Source: a virus
DNA length: 64,000 bases
Strand: one strand, 5' to 3'
IMG/VR virus record: IMGVR_UViG_3300047089_000152
Coordinates: 40,151-104,150 of that record
The position numbers and the translations under genes were made by a program. Under the pieces are notes generated by a model. It was not told the DNA's origin, searched no databases, and saw only the letters and a list, made by a program, of their open reading frames with translations. Below, in pieces: positions 37,357-46,500 of this stretch (within the stretch, counting starts at the first letter, position 1; every line of letters begins with the position of its first letter).

Positions 37357-38319
37357 TTAACCATCGGGGTGCTCCCGGTACCAGTCAGACGTCAATGCCA
37401 GCCCAGCTTCAAAGCTGACCTGGGGTCCGTCGTAGCCCAGTGCCATGATCTTCCCGATGTCCGGTAGCCGCCGCGAAGGACTGCCCTGCGGGAGGATACC
37501 AGTCTCGATTTTGATCCGCCGGAAATACCGTTGCGCCACGGCGTAGGCCACATCCGCGACAGTCCGCTCATCCATCGTGCCCAGGTGGTAGATCTCCGCG
37601 CCACGCGGCGACTTGTCCAGCAGCGTCACGAACTGTTCCACGCAGTCACTGATGTAGCAGAACGACCGGGTTTCCTCACCGCTACCCTGGATCAGGAACG
37701 GGACCGGGTCCAGGGTGGAATTCGCCAGGCCGTTCATGCGCTGGCAGAACTCCGGTATCACATGCCGGGTGCCCATGTCCGGCCCGTAAATGTTGTGGGG
37801 CCGGACGATGATCAGCCGGTCCAGGATCCCGGTCCGCTGCCACGCCAGCGCGGCCAGCTCGGAAGCGATCTTCCCGCCCCCGTAGGAGTAGCGGGGGTTC
37901 AGCGGGTCAGGGACTACCAGCGGCACGGTCTCCGGGGTCGGCCACACCGGGGGTGTCTCGTACGCCTCGGAAGAGGAGACCAGCAGAAGTTCCCGGCAGC
38001 CCGTCACCCGGCACGCTTCCAGGACGTTCACGATGCCGCGCAACGCCACGTCCAGAACCTGCCGGGGTTCAGAATAGAAAGTCTGGGTGCCTTGCAGATA
38101 CGCCAGGTGCAGGACCCGTTCACAGCCGTGCATCGCCCGGGTCACCACGTCAGGGTCGCGGACATCACCGTTGACGATCTCGCAGGCTACCCCCGCCAGG
38201 CGGTCCGGCCGGCCGCGGCTCATGTCATCCAGCACCACAACGTCGTGGCCGTCACCGGCAAGCCGCCGGGTCAAAGCCGAGCCGATGAAACCGGCACCGC
38301 CGGTAATCAGGTATCTCAT
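37357..38319 (-). CDS. NAD-dependent nucleotide-sugar epimerase/dehydratase
   Basis: TGGAGFIG, SSSE, YGGGK, RPHNIYGP. Confidence 0.92.
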   Translation of the reverse strand: MRYLITGGAGFIGSALTRRLAGDGHDVVVLDDMSRGRPDRLAGVACEIVNGDVRDPDVVTRAMHGCERVLHLAYLQGTQTFYSEPRQVLDVALRGIVNVLEACRVTGCRELLLVSSSEAYETPPVWPTPETVPLVVPDPLNPRYSYGGGKIASELAALAWQRTGILDRLIIVRPHNIYGPDMGTRHVIPEFCQRMNGLANSTLDPVPFLIQGSGEETRSFCYISDCVEQFVTLLDKSPRGAEIYHLGTMDERTVADVAYAVAQRYFRRIKIETGILPQGSPSRRLPDIGKIMALGYDGPQVSFEAGLALTSDWYREHPDG

Positions 38320-39107
38320 CCGGTCATGCTATCCGCACGGGGACGGAACCAGCCAGCCGGGCAACGTCTTTCATGGACCCACCGGGGCCACGTATCGTCC
38401 ACGTCCACCGGGATCATGCCGCCCTGATACCCGAACCGGCCGAACGGGTTCGCACCGTCATGGTAGAACCGGTCATCTTCGTACCCAGCCGCCAAGTCGG
38501 GGTTGCATTCGACATGACAGTGCGCGTCCATCTTCGCGGCGATACTATCCCGGCCGCCCAGCCACGTCAGGTGGTGACCAGCATCGGGGATCACCGGGCC
38601 GCGGCTCCACGTGTCCCGACGCACCGACGACAAAGGCCCCGTAATACCGGCAGGGCACAGCGTGGACGTGCGCAGCGGCGCACCCCACAGCCAGTCGACC
38701 GCGAACATGCAGCAAGCCATTTCCAGGACACCCGTCCTGTGTTCTCCCACCGCGCGCATCGCCGCGTAGTTCGGTATCTCATCGACGTCAGCCAGGATCA
38801 GCCAGTCATCAGCAGACGCCCCGTCCAGCCCAGCCCGGATAGCGTCACGCTGCGCAGCCTCACGGTCCATCGGGGCGGCCCCTGCCATCCCCGGGAGGCT
38901 GTCAGCGACCACGTGGACGATGCGGTCTTTCCACGGCGCGAACCGCTCCTTATTCGCCGCGTAAACGAGAGGTTTCGGGTGTCCCTGATGGTCGACCCTG
39001 GCCTCAACCAGGACGTGCCGGTAGATAGGCCAGTCTTCCATCTGCACCAGCCGGCATTCCAGCACGTCCAGCTCGTCGCGGAACAGGAACGTGTCCCAGA
39101 TTTTCAC
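38316..39107 (-). CDS. GT17-like (beta-1,4-GlcNAc transferase) glycosyltransferase
   Basis: DTFLFRDELDVL, HPKPL, EAAQRD, ADVDEIP, GHHLTW. Confidence 0.8.
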   Translation of the reverse strand: MKIWDTFLFRDELDVLECRLVQMEDWPIYRHVLVEARVDHQGHPKPLVYAANKERFAPWKDRIVHVVADSLPGMAGAAPMDREAAQRDAIRAGLDGASADDWLILADVDEIPNYAAMRAVGEHRTGVLEMACCMFAVDWLWGAPLRTSTLCPAGITGPLSSVRRDTWSRGPVIPDAGHHLTWLGGRDSIAAKMDAHCHVECNPDLAAGYEDDRFYHDGANPFGRFGYQGGMIPVDVDDTWPRWVHERRCPAGWFRPRADSMTG

Positions 39108-39327
39108 GCCGCCCATGACCTCCGGTCGTGCCGGGCTACAGCGGGACCGCGCCCACCGGGACACGCACCGCGTGCACATGACGGTCGGGTCGTACGGGTC
39201 CAGTCGCGTCCATGCGCCACACCAGAAACAGTACCCCACGGCATAAGCCCTCCACGGACAGGCTGCCGGGGTCTAGGACAGCGGTTATGTATAACCCTGA
39301 CCGTCGTTAGCATCATAGCGTCCCATG

Positions 39328-39336
39328 TGGTACGCT
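39328..39336 (+). promoter_or_regulatory. extended -10 promoter of a mini-array
   Basis: TGGTACGCT. Confidence 0.65.
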
Positions 39337-39351
39337 TAGAGTCCGAGCCGA

Positions 39352-39429
39352 GGCAGGATGGGATTGGCATGGCGCGGCAAGGTAGGGCTCGGATCGGCAA
39401 GGAATGGATAGGAACGGCAGGAGTGGCAG
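39352..39429 (+). ncRNA. GGH-NN mini-array (1 unit)
   Basis: GGCAG-GATG + 11 pentamers + GGCAG-GAGT, followed by a hairpin. Confidence 0.82.
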
Positions 39430-39431
39430 GG

Positions 39432-39460
39432 TGCGGTCCTCTCGTATCGGGAGGACCGCA
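39432..39460. terminator. hairpin between the mini-array and the convergent radical SAM gene
   Basis: TGCGGTCCTC...GAGGACCGCA. Confidence 0.7.
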
Positions 39461-39477
39461 TCTCCATTTTCCAACCG

Positions 39478-40761
39478 TCATCCTGCCGCCATATGTGAGT
39501 CGAAGAAATTATCCTTCGGGCCGATATGGGAACGGAACTTGTACTTACGGATCAATTCCTCGCGGATTCCCACGAGGTCTTCTGAACTGAGTTCCGCCGT
39601 GCGGACCACGGAATCGGTACCCATGTTCTTTTGCCCGTAGGCGCCAAGTCCTTCTCCAGTAAATATCAGGTCGGTAGCTATTCCCTCGTCCATTTCCCGC
39701 CTGAATTCTGTGCCGCGATAAGGATAATAGATAGCAATCTGCGCATCATCTATCCCTGACGTGCAGATGAACCGTTCAGTCTCCGCGATCGTAGCGCGTG
39801 TCTCGCCGGGTAGCCCGATCATCACGAATGCTTTCACGGTGATGCCCGCATCCTTGCAGTACCGGACACAATCGTAATTCTGCGTGGCGGTTGTCTTCTT
39901 ATCCATCCGGTCTAGCATCTGCTGCGACCCGGATTCCGCACCAAACGCCACCTCGACACACCCCGCATCGGCTAGCGCCGCGGCGAACTCCGCGGTCATG
40001 AATTTCGCGTGCACATTGCAGCGAAATCTTAGCCCGGAGCGCTTGAGTAGGTCCAGGTACGGCTGGCACTTCCCCAAATTAATTGCAAAAAGATCATCAT
40101 ACAAATACACGCCCTCATACCCGAGCGTCACGATGTCGTCCAGTTCGGCCTCGGCGTTGCCCAGCGAAGTCCACCTGGTCAGCGTCCGCGCGTCTTCACA
40201 GAACTTGCACGCCATCGGACAGCCCCGGCCGAGCATCATCGTGGTCGAGTTCAGCCCGGCCAGGGTGTACGAGTAGTTTTTCAGGAACCCAGGCTCACCC
40301 AGCCGGTCCGGGCGGGGCATCGCCGCTAGTTCCTGCCGGGGGATCTGGTCGTTGCTCATGACAGGAACCGTTTTGTTCTGCACGATGCCTGGCAGTGCCC
40401 GCTCCCCGTCGCCTGCCACCAGGTAGTCCCACAGCCCGGCCTGGTCGTCTGCGTTCATCTCCCGGCCGTAATGCCGGACGTGCGGGCCGCCTGCCACCAG
40501 AACTTTGGACGGCCAGCGGCTCCTGATCGCGCGGGCTATCCGGTTAGCCTCGGCGCGCTGCGGTGTCATCACCGAGACGCCTACTATGTCAGCGTCCGCG
40601 AACTGGTCCAGATCCTCGACGTCGTATTCGTCTACGACGCTGATCTTAGTACCGGGGGCCTGCGCGGCCACCGCGGATTTCAGGTACAGCAGGCCGAGGG
40701 GCGGGTAGATACGGTCGTCGTCCAGGAACGGGGACCGGCAGGAAACCAGGGACAGTTTCAT
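39478..40761 (-). CDS. cobalamin-binding radical SAM enzyme (class B methyltransferase-like)
   Basis: PPLGLLYL, GGPH, GDGE B12 domain; GRGCPMACKFC; GAESGSQ; IGLPGET. Confidence 0.92.
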   Translation of the reverse strand: MKLSLVSCRSPFLDDDRIYPPLGLLYLKSAVAAQAPGTKISVVDEYDVEDLDQFADADIVGVSVMTPQRAEANRIARAIRSRWPSKVLVAGGPHVRHYGREMNADDQAGLWDYLVAGDGERALPGIVQNKTVPVMSNDQIPRQELAAMPRPDRLGEPGFLKNYSYTLAGLNSTTMMLGRGCPMACKFCEDARTLTRWTSLGNAEAELDDIVTLGYEGVYLYDDLFAINLGKCQPYLDLLKRSGLRFRCNVHAKFMTAEFAAALADAGCVEVAFGAESGSQQMLDRMDKKTTATQNYDCVRYCKDAGITVKAFVMIGLPGETRATIAETERFICTSGIDDAQIAIYYPYRGTEFRREMDEGIATDLIFTGEGLGAYGQKNMGTDSVVRTAELSSEDLVGIREELIRKYKFRSHIGPKDNFFDSHMAAG

Positions 40762-40773
40762 GCACGCAGACTA

Positions 40774-40953
40774 CTATGTCTGCTTCCACACGCCAGGGCC
40801 GGACTCGAAATCGGACGTGGCGTGACCTGACATGTCACACGGGCCACCCTCGATCGCGTCGTCCCATCCTGCCACGGAACCCTCCGCGGTAGCGTCGTAA
40901 GGCTGGCCGGGCACGTTAGGCGGTGACGTGATCGGGTCCGGTGCTTTAGCCAT
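40774..40953 (-). CDS. small acidic protein
   Basis: MAKAPDP...; RBS GGGAG. Confidence 0.55.
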   Translation of the reverse strand: MAKAPDPITSPPNVPGQPYDATAEGSVAGWDDAIEGGPCDMSGHATSDFESGPGVWKQT

Positions 40954-40957
40954 AGTT

Positions 40958-41230
40958 TCAGACTCCCTTCCATCGGGAAGCGTCAGAGGTTCCGTCTGGC
41001 GCCCACCCGGCGCCTGTCGGCTGGCCGCTGTCCATGTTAGCGGCCCCGCCGTCGATTGTTTTACGCCACCGGTCCCACGTGTAATTACTTCCCGGTGTCG
41101 CGTCGTAGGCATGTTCAGGTTCGGACTGCTCGGCGGGGTCCTGCTGACCTTCCGCCGTAGGGTCGTAGCCTTCCTCATCCTGGTACGGCTGAATGTTCGT
41201 GTCAACAACCGGGAACTGGACGTACGGCAT
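40958..41230 (-). CDS. small acidic protein
   Basis: two YDxT motifs, also present in the next gene. Confidence 0.6.
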   Translation of the reverse strand: MPYVQFPVVDTNIQPYQDEEGYDPTAEGQQDPAEQSEPEHAYDATPGSNYTWDRWRKTIDGGAANMDSGQPTGAGWAPDGTSDASRWKGV

Positions 41231-41236
41231 GGCGTA

Positions 41237-41563
41237 TCACTTCTCCCGTACAACTTCAGGTACGGTCGTGGGTTTCCACGAAGGGGCACCCGGGGGTGTC
41301 CAGTTCTCACCCTTGGCTTGCGGTTTGCCGTCCTCACCGGGCTGGACTGACTGCTGCGTCTCCACTACCGGGGCTTTCGACACGACCGGGGCACCCACGT
41401 TCCAGCCCAGGTCACCCGACGCGCCACCCGGGGCGGTCATCGCGTTGTTCTCGAAGATCTGATCCCCGGCATGCTGAGACGTGGGCACCAGCACCGACAC
41501 CGGGTCTGGTTTCAGCGCCCCTGACAGGTCAGCGTAGCTGCCCTTGTTCACCCAGTCAGCCAT
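41237..41563 (-). CDS. hypothetical protein
   Basis: RBS AGGAGG. Confidence 0.6.
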   Translation of the reverse strand: MADWVNKGSYADLSGALKPDPVSVLVPTSQHAGDQIFENNAMTAPGGASGDLGWNVGAPVVSKAPVVETQQSVQPGEDGKPQAKGENWTPPGAPSWKPTTVPEVVREK

Positions 41564-41585
41564 ACGGCCCTCCTGTGGTCCCTTT

Positions 41586-41864
41586 TCACCCGCGGCCCGG
41601 CTTGTCCCCGGTATACAAGTGGTAGTGCTCGCGTATGCTGTCGCGTTCCGGGGGGTCCGGGTGGTGCCGGTGACAAGCCACCCACGCGGTGCCCTCCACC
41701 GGGAACCGTCCTATCCGCAGGCACCGGGGTTCGTGGCAGTTGTTCTTCCGCACATGCACGTACACGTTCGTCACGATACCCACCGTGAACACTGTCACCG
41801 CGAAAAAACCCGACCAGAACAAATACCACGGGCTGTTCGCGCTGTCCAGGCCCATCCAGTGCAT
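41586..41864 (-). CDS. small membrane protein with Cys/His motif
   Basis: WYLFWSG TM segment; NCHEPRCLRIG...CHRHHP. Confidence 0.6.
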   Translation of the reverse strand: MHWMGLDSANSPWYLFWSGFFAVTVFTVGIVTNVYVHVRKNNCHEPRCLRIGRFPVEGTAWVACHRHHPDPPERDSIREHYHLYTGDKPGRG

Positions 41865-42033
41865 GACTACTTGGTCCGGTCATCCTTGTAATCATGACAC
41901 TTGTCGCCGTTAGCGACAGTGGCCAGTTCCTTACCTGCCTGCGCCACCAGCCCCGCCCCGGCCGTGTTCGACGCTGCCGTCCCGGAAATCAGGCCCGGCG
42001 CGCTAGCCGGGGGGTAGACACGCGCCAGGTCAC

Positions 42034-42582
42034 TCACCCGTGATACCTGCCACCGCGCAGCACCCGGCCCGAACCCGGCTGGAACTTCCCGCCAGGAACC
42101 GGTTCGTTACCCGCGATGCCGGGCAGCTGCGGGCCACCCGTCCCGTACCCCTGGTCGTTGGCCTGGGTGGAATCGTGCGGGCCTTCCAGGTCATCGGAGA
42201 CCATGTCGGACTTGTACGTCCCCGAAAACGGGGAACCCGGCCTGGTGTAACTCACCGAAGATGCACCACCCGCATTATTCGGGGTCGTGCCGGTACCCGG
42301 AGCACCCGTCTGCGTGATCTCCGCGTCGGTGATACCAGTCAGCCCGTCAACCAGCTGACCCGGTTCGACCGTCGGGTCGGTGTCACCGGCCCCGCCAGTC
42401 GTCCCCGGCGCGCCCGTCCCAGTAGGCAGCGGCCCACCGAAAATCGCTGCGCCCCAGTCACCAACCGGGTACTGTCCCGGCTCGTTCGTCGGGTCATTCG
42501 ACGCCGACGTCCCCGACTGCCTGTTTCCCTTACCGGAAACCTGGCCGCCACCGTCAGGAGTCTGACTCGGCTCAATAGGCAT
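42034..42582 (-). CDS. Gly/Pro/Thr/Asp-rich low-complexity protein
   Basis: DPTxEPGQ and TGAPGT repeated; RBS AGGAGG. Confidence 0.65.
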   Translation of the reverse strand: MPIEPSQTPDGGGQVSGKGNRQSGTSASNDPTNEPGQYPVGDWGAAIFGGPLPTGTGAPGTTGGAGDTDPTVEPGQLVDGLTGITDAEITQTGAPGTGTTPNNAGGASSVSYTRPGSPFSGTYKSDMVSDDLEGPHDSTQANDQGYGTGGPQLPGIAGNEPVPGGKFQPGSGRVLRGGRYHG

Positions 42583-42630
42583 AACTGCCTCCTTCTGCCC
42601 CCCGAAGGGAGCGACCCTTTTGATCTGCTT

Positions 42631-42927
42631 TCACCCCTGGCGGGGCAGCCCGAACTTCGCGTTACCGAACTGCACCGCAACCGGCGAGCACGCCACGCAC
42701 TGCTTCGTACTGTGATCGTCGCTGTCCGTGCTGACCAGCTGCCCGGGCAGCGCGTAATGCCCGCACGCCAGCCGCGGTATCTCACCGAACTGGCGGCACT
42801 TCGGGCAGATCACCTGACCGGTCCGCAACCTCAAAGCGTCAGCCGTAGCGCCGATGCGCCGCCCGCAGGAAGTACAGCGTTCCGCGGGCGTCGTATCTGC
42901 GCCCTTCAGCTTCCGCTTGTTACTCAC
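42631..42927 (-). CDS. zinc-finger protein
   Basis: three CxxC motifs plus CGH. Confidence 0.6.
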   Translation of the reverse strand: MSNKRKLKGADTTPAERCTSCGRRIGATADALRLRTGQVICPKCRQFGEIPRLACGHYALPGQLVSTDSDDHSTKQCVACSPVAVQFGNAKFGLPRQG

Positions 42928-43307
42928 GGACGCTGACCGTATGTCTCCATCAGCTGCTGCTTCGTCGACCCGGCCGCCTCATCCGGGTCCGCTCCCTGAG
43001 TAACCGCATGGTCGACCCAGTCCTGCTTCGGTGCCGCAGGGCGTGGCGGTCCGTCCGCCGGTGCAGGCTCAGGTTCCTCTTCTTCAGTATCCACGGGGCC
43101 CGCACCAGTATTCGCCGGTTCCGAAACGGGCACCTGCGGGGGAACGTATGCAGGCGGGTCATCTGAATCCGACACCCACACTGCCAGGCCACCCCGGATC
43201 AGGTCCGCGCCCTCAGCCGCCGAAACTTCCAGCTGCCCGTACGGGGGCTGCGGCCACGCCGCGTCGTTACGGCTCCCCGAAATCCCGACAATCATCCGCA
43301 CAATCAC
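42924..43307 (-). CDS. capsid-adjacent protein with small helical C-terminal domain
   Basis: KQDWVDHAV...TKQQL motif, directly after the capsid gene. Confidence 0.65.
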   Translation of the reverse strand: MIVRMIVGISGSRNDAAWPQPPYGQLEVSAAEGADLIRGGLAVWVSDSDDPPAYVPPQVPVSEPANTGAGPVDTEEEEPEPAPADGPPRPAAPKQDWVDHAVTQGADPDEAAGSTKQQLMETYGQRP

Positions 43308-43379
43308 GATAAGACTCCCTCAGCGACGGCCCCGTTGAAGCCAGGGGAGCGGGCTGCTGCCCGCCCCCCTGGACGTATA

Positions 43380-44621
43380 CTACGTGGCCGCGCCAGCGAA
43401 GTACTTCAGAGCACCGGTCTGGTCCACGAGGACCCCGTCACCACGCAGGATGGCGCGGAAGGTCACCAGGTCGGTGGAGAACGCGAAGTCGTCGGACCGC
43501 TCGAACCGGACCCCGCCGACCAGACGCACGAAGTACTGCGAGAAGTCACCGAAAACAATGGACTTCGCGGACAGCGCCTGCGCGGGCATGAACGGGTCAG
43601 CGACCAGCGGCTTACCCAGCAGAAGGTCCGGGGACCCGAGCACCGCGGAAGGCTCCCAGATGGGGCGGCCGACAGTGTCGGTGATCTTCCTGAACCCGCC
43701 GATCGTCTTGTCAGCCGCCAGCCAGTAGCAGCTGCGGGACTGACGGTACGGGGCGATCACGGAGTATTCCAGGTCGACCAGGTTCGCATAGCTGGGCGCA
43801 CCGGAAACACCGGTCGTGGTGCCGGTAACGCCGAGGGTCGCACCGGTGATGACACCACCGGATACACCGTTGATGCCGTTGACCAGAGACGTGCCGAACA
43901 CGTTACCGATCGCCCGCCCGGCCTGCATCGCGAGATAACCCAGCAGGTCAACCGCGGTGTCGTCGATCAGTTCACGCGCCGCCTGGATCATGATGCCGAA
44001 CTTCACCGCACCGAGGGTCTGCATCGAGAACGCAGGGTCGGACAGGGGAAGCGCGGAAGCCTGCGAAGCGGTCAGCGCCGTCGAATGCGCAGTCGTCTTC
44101 GGAACCTGGAGCGTTTCACCACCACCAGTGTTCAAAACGGTCGGCCCGCACTGCATGACACCCGAAACCTCAATGAGGTGGGAAATCAGCTGGTCGTAGA
44201 AGTCCGTCGGGATAATACCCGAAACGGCTCCCTGCGTGGACTGCAAAACACGGTAGTTGATCGGACCCGGCGCCTGCCGGCGGATCTCCAGCGCCCGCGG
44301 GGCACCTTCCTCACCACGCGCCCACTTGCGGATCTCATCGTTCATGTTCCGCTGCGCCGGGCTACCAGCACCACCCTCACGCGGGCGGCCCTCAAGGTCG
44401 TTGAACGCGTCGTCGGCGGCCTTCGCGCGCTTCTCCGTCTCCAGAACCGCGCCGATGCGCGTGTCCAGCGTGCGCATCTCCTCCTGCATCGCGTCCCACT
44501 TACCCTGCTCCTCCGGGGTAAACGAGCGGTTCTCCGCAGCGGCGTCCTCGGCGATCTTCTTCGCCTCGTTCCACACGCCGAGCCTGCGGTCACGCAGCCT
44601 CTTCGCGACTTCACTAGCCAT
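43380..44621 (-). CDS. major capsid protein, HK97 fold
   Basis: N-terminal delta coiled coil; IPTDF, ARELIDD, GRPIWEP...LLGKP, FGDFSQY, FRAILRGDG. Confidence 0.95.
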   Translation of the reverse strand: MASEVAKRLRDRRLGVWNEAKKIAEDAAAENRSFTPEEQGKWDAMQEEMRTLDTRIGAVLETEKRAKAADDAFNDLEGRPREGGAGSPAQRNMNDEIRKWARGEEGAPRALEIRRQAPGPINYRVLQSTQGAVSGIIPTDFYDQLISHLIEVSGVMQCGPTVLNTGGGETLQVPKTTAHSTALTASQASALPLSDPAFSMQTLGAVKFGIMIQAARELIDDTAVDLLGYLAMQAGRAIGNVFGTSLVNGINGVSGGVITGATLGVTGTTTGVSGAPSYANLVDLEYSVIAPYRQSRSCYWLAADKTIGGFRKITDTVGRPIWEPSAVLGSPDLLLGKPLVADPFMPAQALSAKSIVFGDFSQYFVRLVGGVRFERSDDFAFSTDLVTFRAILRGDGVLVDQTGALKYFAGAAT

Positions 44622-44803
44622 GACTGGCCCTTTCCCTTGGTACGGACAGATCTGTAAGAACCTGCTCCGTCCGCACCCGGGGAGGGTGGCTACGGCCGAG
44701 GTAACAATATTCAGTTGTACGTCATCTACCGCACATGGGGCATTTGCCCACGGGCGGGTAACACTGGAGGTGCCCGCATTTACTGCATCTCCAGTGCCTC
44801 ATG

Positions 44804-45016
44804 TCACACCGGGTTGGGTCGGCCCACGTCGGTGTGCGGGTCGCTGCCCGCGAACCCGGCGTCGGTGTGGTCGACGTGCTCCGCCCCGATCCCGGACGTT
44901 TCCGTTCCGAGGACGACACCCAGGTTCCCGGGCTCACCGATTTCCCCTTTCGGGTCGGTGCCGGTGAACACGTTCGTGTCCGACGTCGCCGGATGCGGTA
45001 CCCCCACGTCAGGCAT
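44804..45016 (-). CDS. small acidic protein
   Basis: ORF between protease and capsid genes. Confidence 0.5.
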   Translation of the reverse strand: MPDVGVPHPATSDTNVFTGTDPKGEIGEPGNLGVVLGTETSGIGAEHVDHTDAGFAGSDPHTDVGRPNPV

Positions 45017-45022
45017 GGCCGG

Positions 45023-46018
45023 TCACTCGTCGTTGGCGTAGGGGTCTTCGGCGTTGTCCAGCAGGTCCAGCATGGCCAGCGCACCCGTCAGGGTCTTCTT
45101 CCGCTCCTGCTTGGCCTTCGCCTGCCGCGGGCCAGTATTGTCGGTCCGCTTGAAGAACTCCATCGCCCTGTTCTCGACCAGACGCTCCCGGACCTCTTCC
45201 GGTTCGGCCTGCGCCCACTGAGCCAGCGAGTACACGGCACCGTTGATAGCCCGCGCCGCCGCTGTCGCGTCCGGATAGGCAGGGTCCAGTACCGGGGCCA
45301 CGTCGATCAGCTGCACCGCGTGCAACGTCCGCATCGGATACCCGAACTGGTCCGAAACCCCCCACTCATCCCCACCCGGGAACACCCGGAAAGCGAAAGA
45401 CGAGTGGCAGATGTCGCCGCGCTGCACATATTCCAGCACGTCCCTGCGGGCCTGCGGGGGTTCCACGTCATACATCAGCCCGGTCGAGTCGATACCCAGC
45501 TTCAGCGTGTTCGCCCGGGTAGTACCCAGCAGCGCGTCGTCGCTGTGGTTGTACCGGCACACCACATCCGGCCACCCGTCCTGCTTGGATTCATCGAACG
45601 CGTTCCGGTTCACCTGCTCCACGAAACCGCCCAGCTTCCTGGACAGCTTATCGAAACACGCCGCGTAACCCCAGATGTGCTGCGCCTTGTCCTGTTCCGT
45701 CCGCACTTCCAGCGGGAACCGGACGAACCGCCGCTCAGGGAACGAACCAGAATCCGGTTCCATCCCCCCGAACGCACGCGCCGCGCCCGTCACGTTCACG
45801 CCATGCTTACGCGCAGCACCGATGATCGCCGGCATCGCGTCCTTACCGAACGGCGAATTAGGAGCCTGCGACAGCGATAGCCGCACCGCGGCGGCATCGT
45901 GTATCGGGAAGTGACGCTTGTCCCGCGGCGTTGTGCGCCCGCTCATGTCACGCATCCCGCCAGGCTCAATCAAAGCGAACTGACTGTCAAGCAGGTTGTG
46001 GGTGTCCAGCTCAGCCAT
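45023..46018 (-). CDS. HK97-family prohead protease with N-terminal extension
   Basis: GYAACF...LGGFVE, YNH, LGTT, SSFAF, DVAPVLDPAYPD; extension RHFPIHD...VRLSL. Confidence 0.92.
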   Translation of the reverse strand: MAELDTHNLLDSQFALIEPGGMRDMSGRTTPRDKRHFPIHDAAAVRLSLSQAPNSPFGKDAMPAIIGAARKHGVNVTGAARAFGGMEPDSGSFPERRFVRFPLEVRTEQDKAQHIWGYAACFDKLSRKLGGFVEQVNRNAFDESKQDGWPDVVCRYNHSDDALLGTTRANTLKLGIDSTGLMYDVEPPQARRDVLEYVQRGDICHSSFAFRVFPGGDEWGVSDQFGYPMRTLHAVQLIDVAPVLDPAYPDATAAARAINGAVYSLAQWAQAEPEEVRERLVENRAMEFFKRTDNTGPRQAKAKQERKKTLTGALAMLDLLDNAEDPYANDE

Positions 46019-46049
46019 GTCTCCTGTCCTTCTCTTTGTACTACGCCGG

Positions 46050-46406
46050 TCAGGATTTCCTGGCGGGCCGGGCCTTATTCATAGATTTCGCGGGCTTTTT
46101 AGCCGCGGGCTTAGCCGCAGCAGGCTTCGCTTCGGCAGCAGGCTTCGCGGTCTTCGCGGCAGCTGAATCGCCCTTACCCTGCGAGGATGGCAACTCCGGG
46201 TATTTCCGACGGACCGCTGCCTGAACTTTTGCCTTCTCCGCAGGCGTCCCATTCGCCGCAACTCGTGACAGGGCGTTAGCGCCCCGTGCCTTAGAGTTAA
46301 TAGGGTATGCGTCAGCACCACCAGGACCACCACCAGGCAGCGCATACGACCCAGCCGGCGCGGCAGTATTAGGCGCAGGCTTACCGGTCTTCTTCCTCGG
46401 TGGCAT
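46050..46406 (-). CDS. basic head-region protein with Lys/Pro/Ala-rich tail
   Basis: YALP...YPI...NALSR...VRRKYP, similar to the protease N-terminal extension. Confidence 0.7.
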   Translation of the reverse strand: MPPRKKTGKPAPNTAAPAGSYALPGGGPGGADAYPINSKARGANALSRVAANGTPAEKAKVQAAVRRKYPELPSSQGKGDSAAAKTAKPAAEAKPAAAKPAAKKPAKSMNKARPARKS

Positions 46407-46425
46407 ATAATCTCCCTTAGTGCCA

Positions 46426-46499
46426 GGTATGGAGGGGTGCGGCTTGGCGTGGCTTGGCGGGGCGCGGCGGGGATTGCATTGGATTGGATTGGCAGGAAC
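46426..46499 (+). ncRNA. GGH-NN mini-array (1 unit)
   Basis: TATAAT at 46406-46411; 13 pentamers + GGCAG-GAAC; then a hairpin. Confidence 0.8.
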
Positions 46500-46500
46500 G

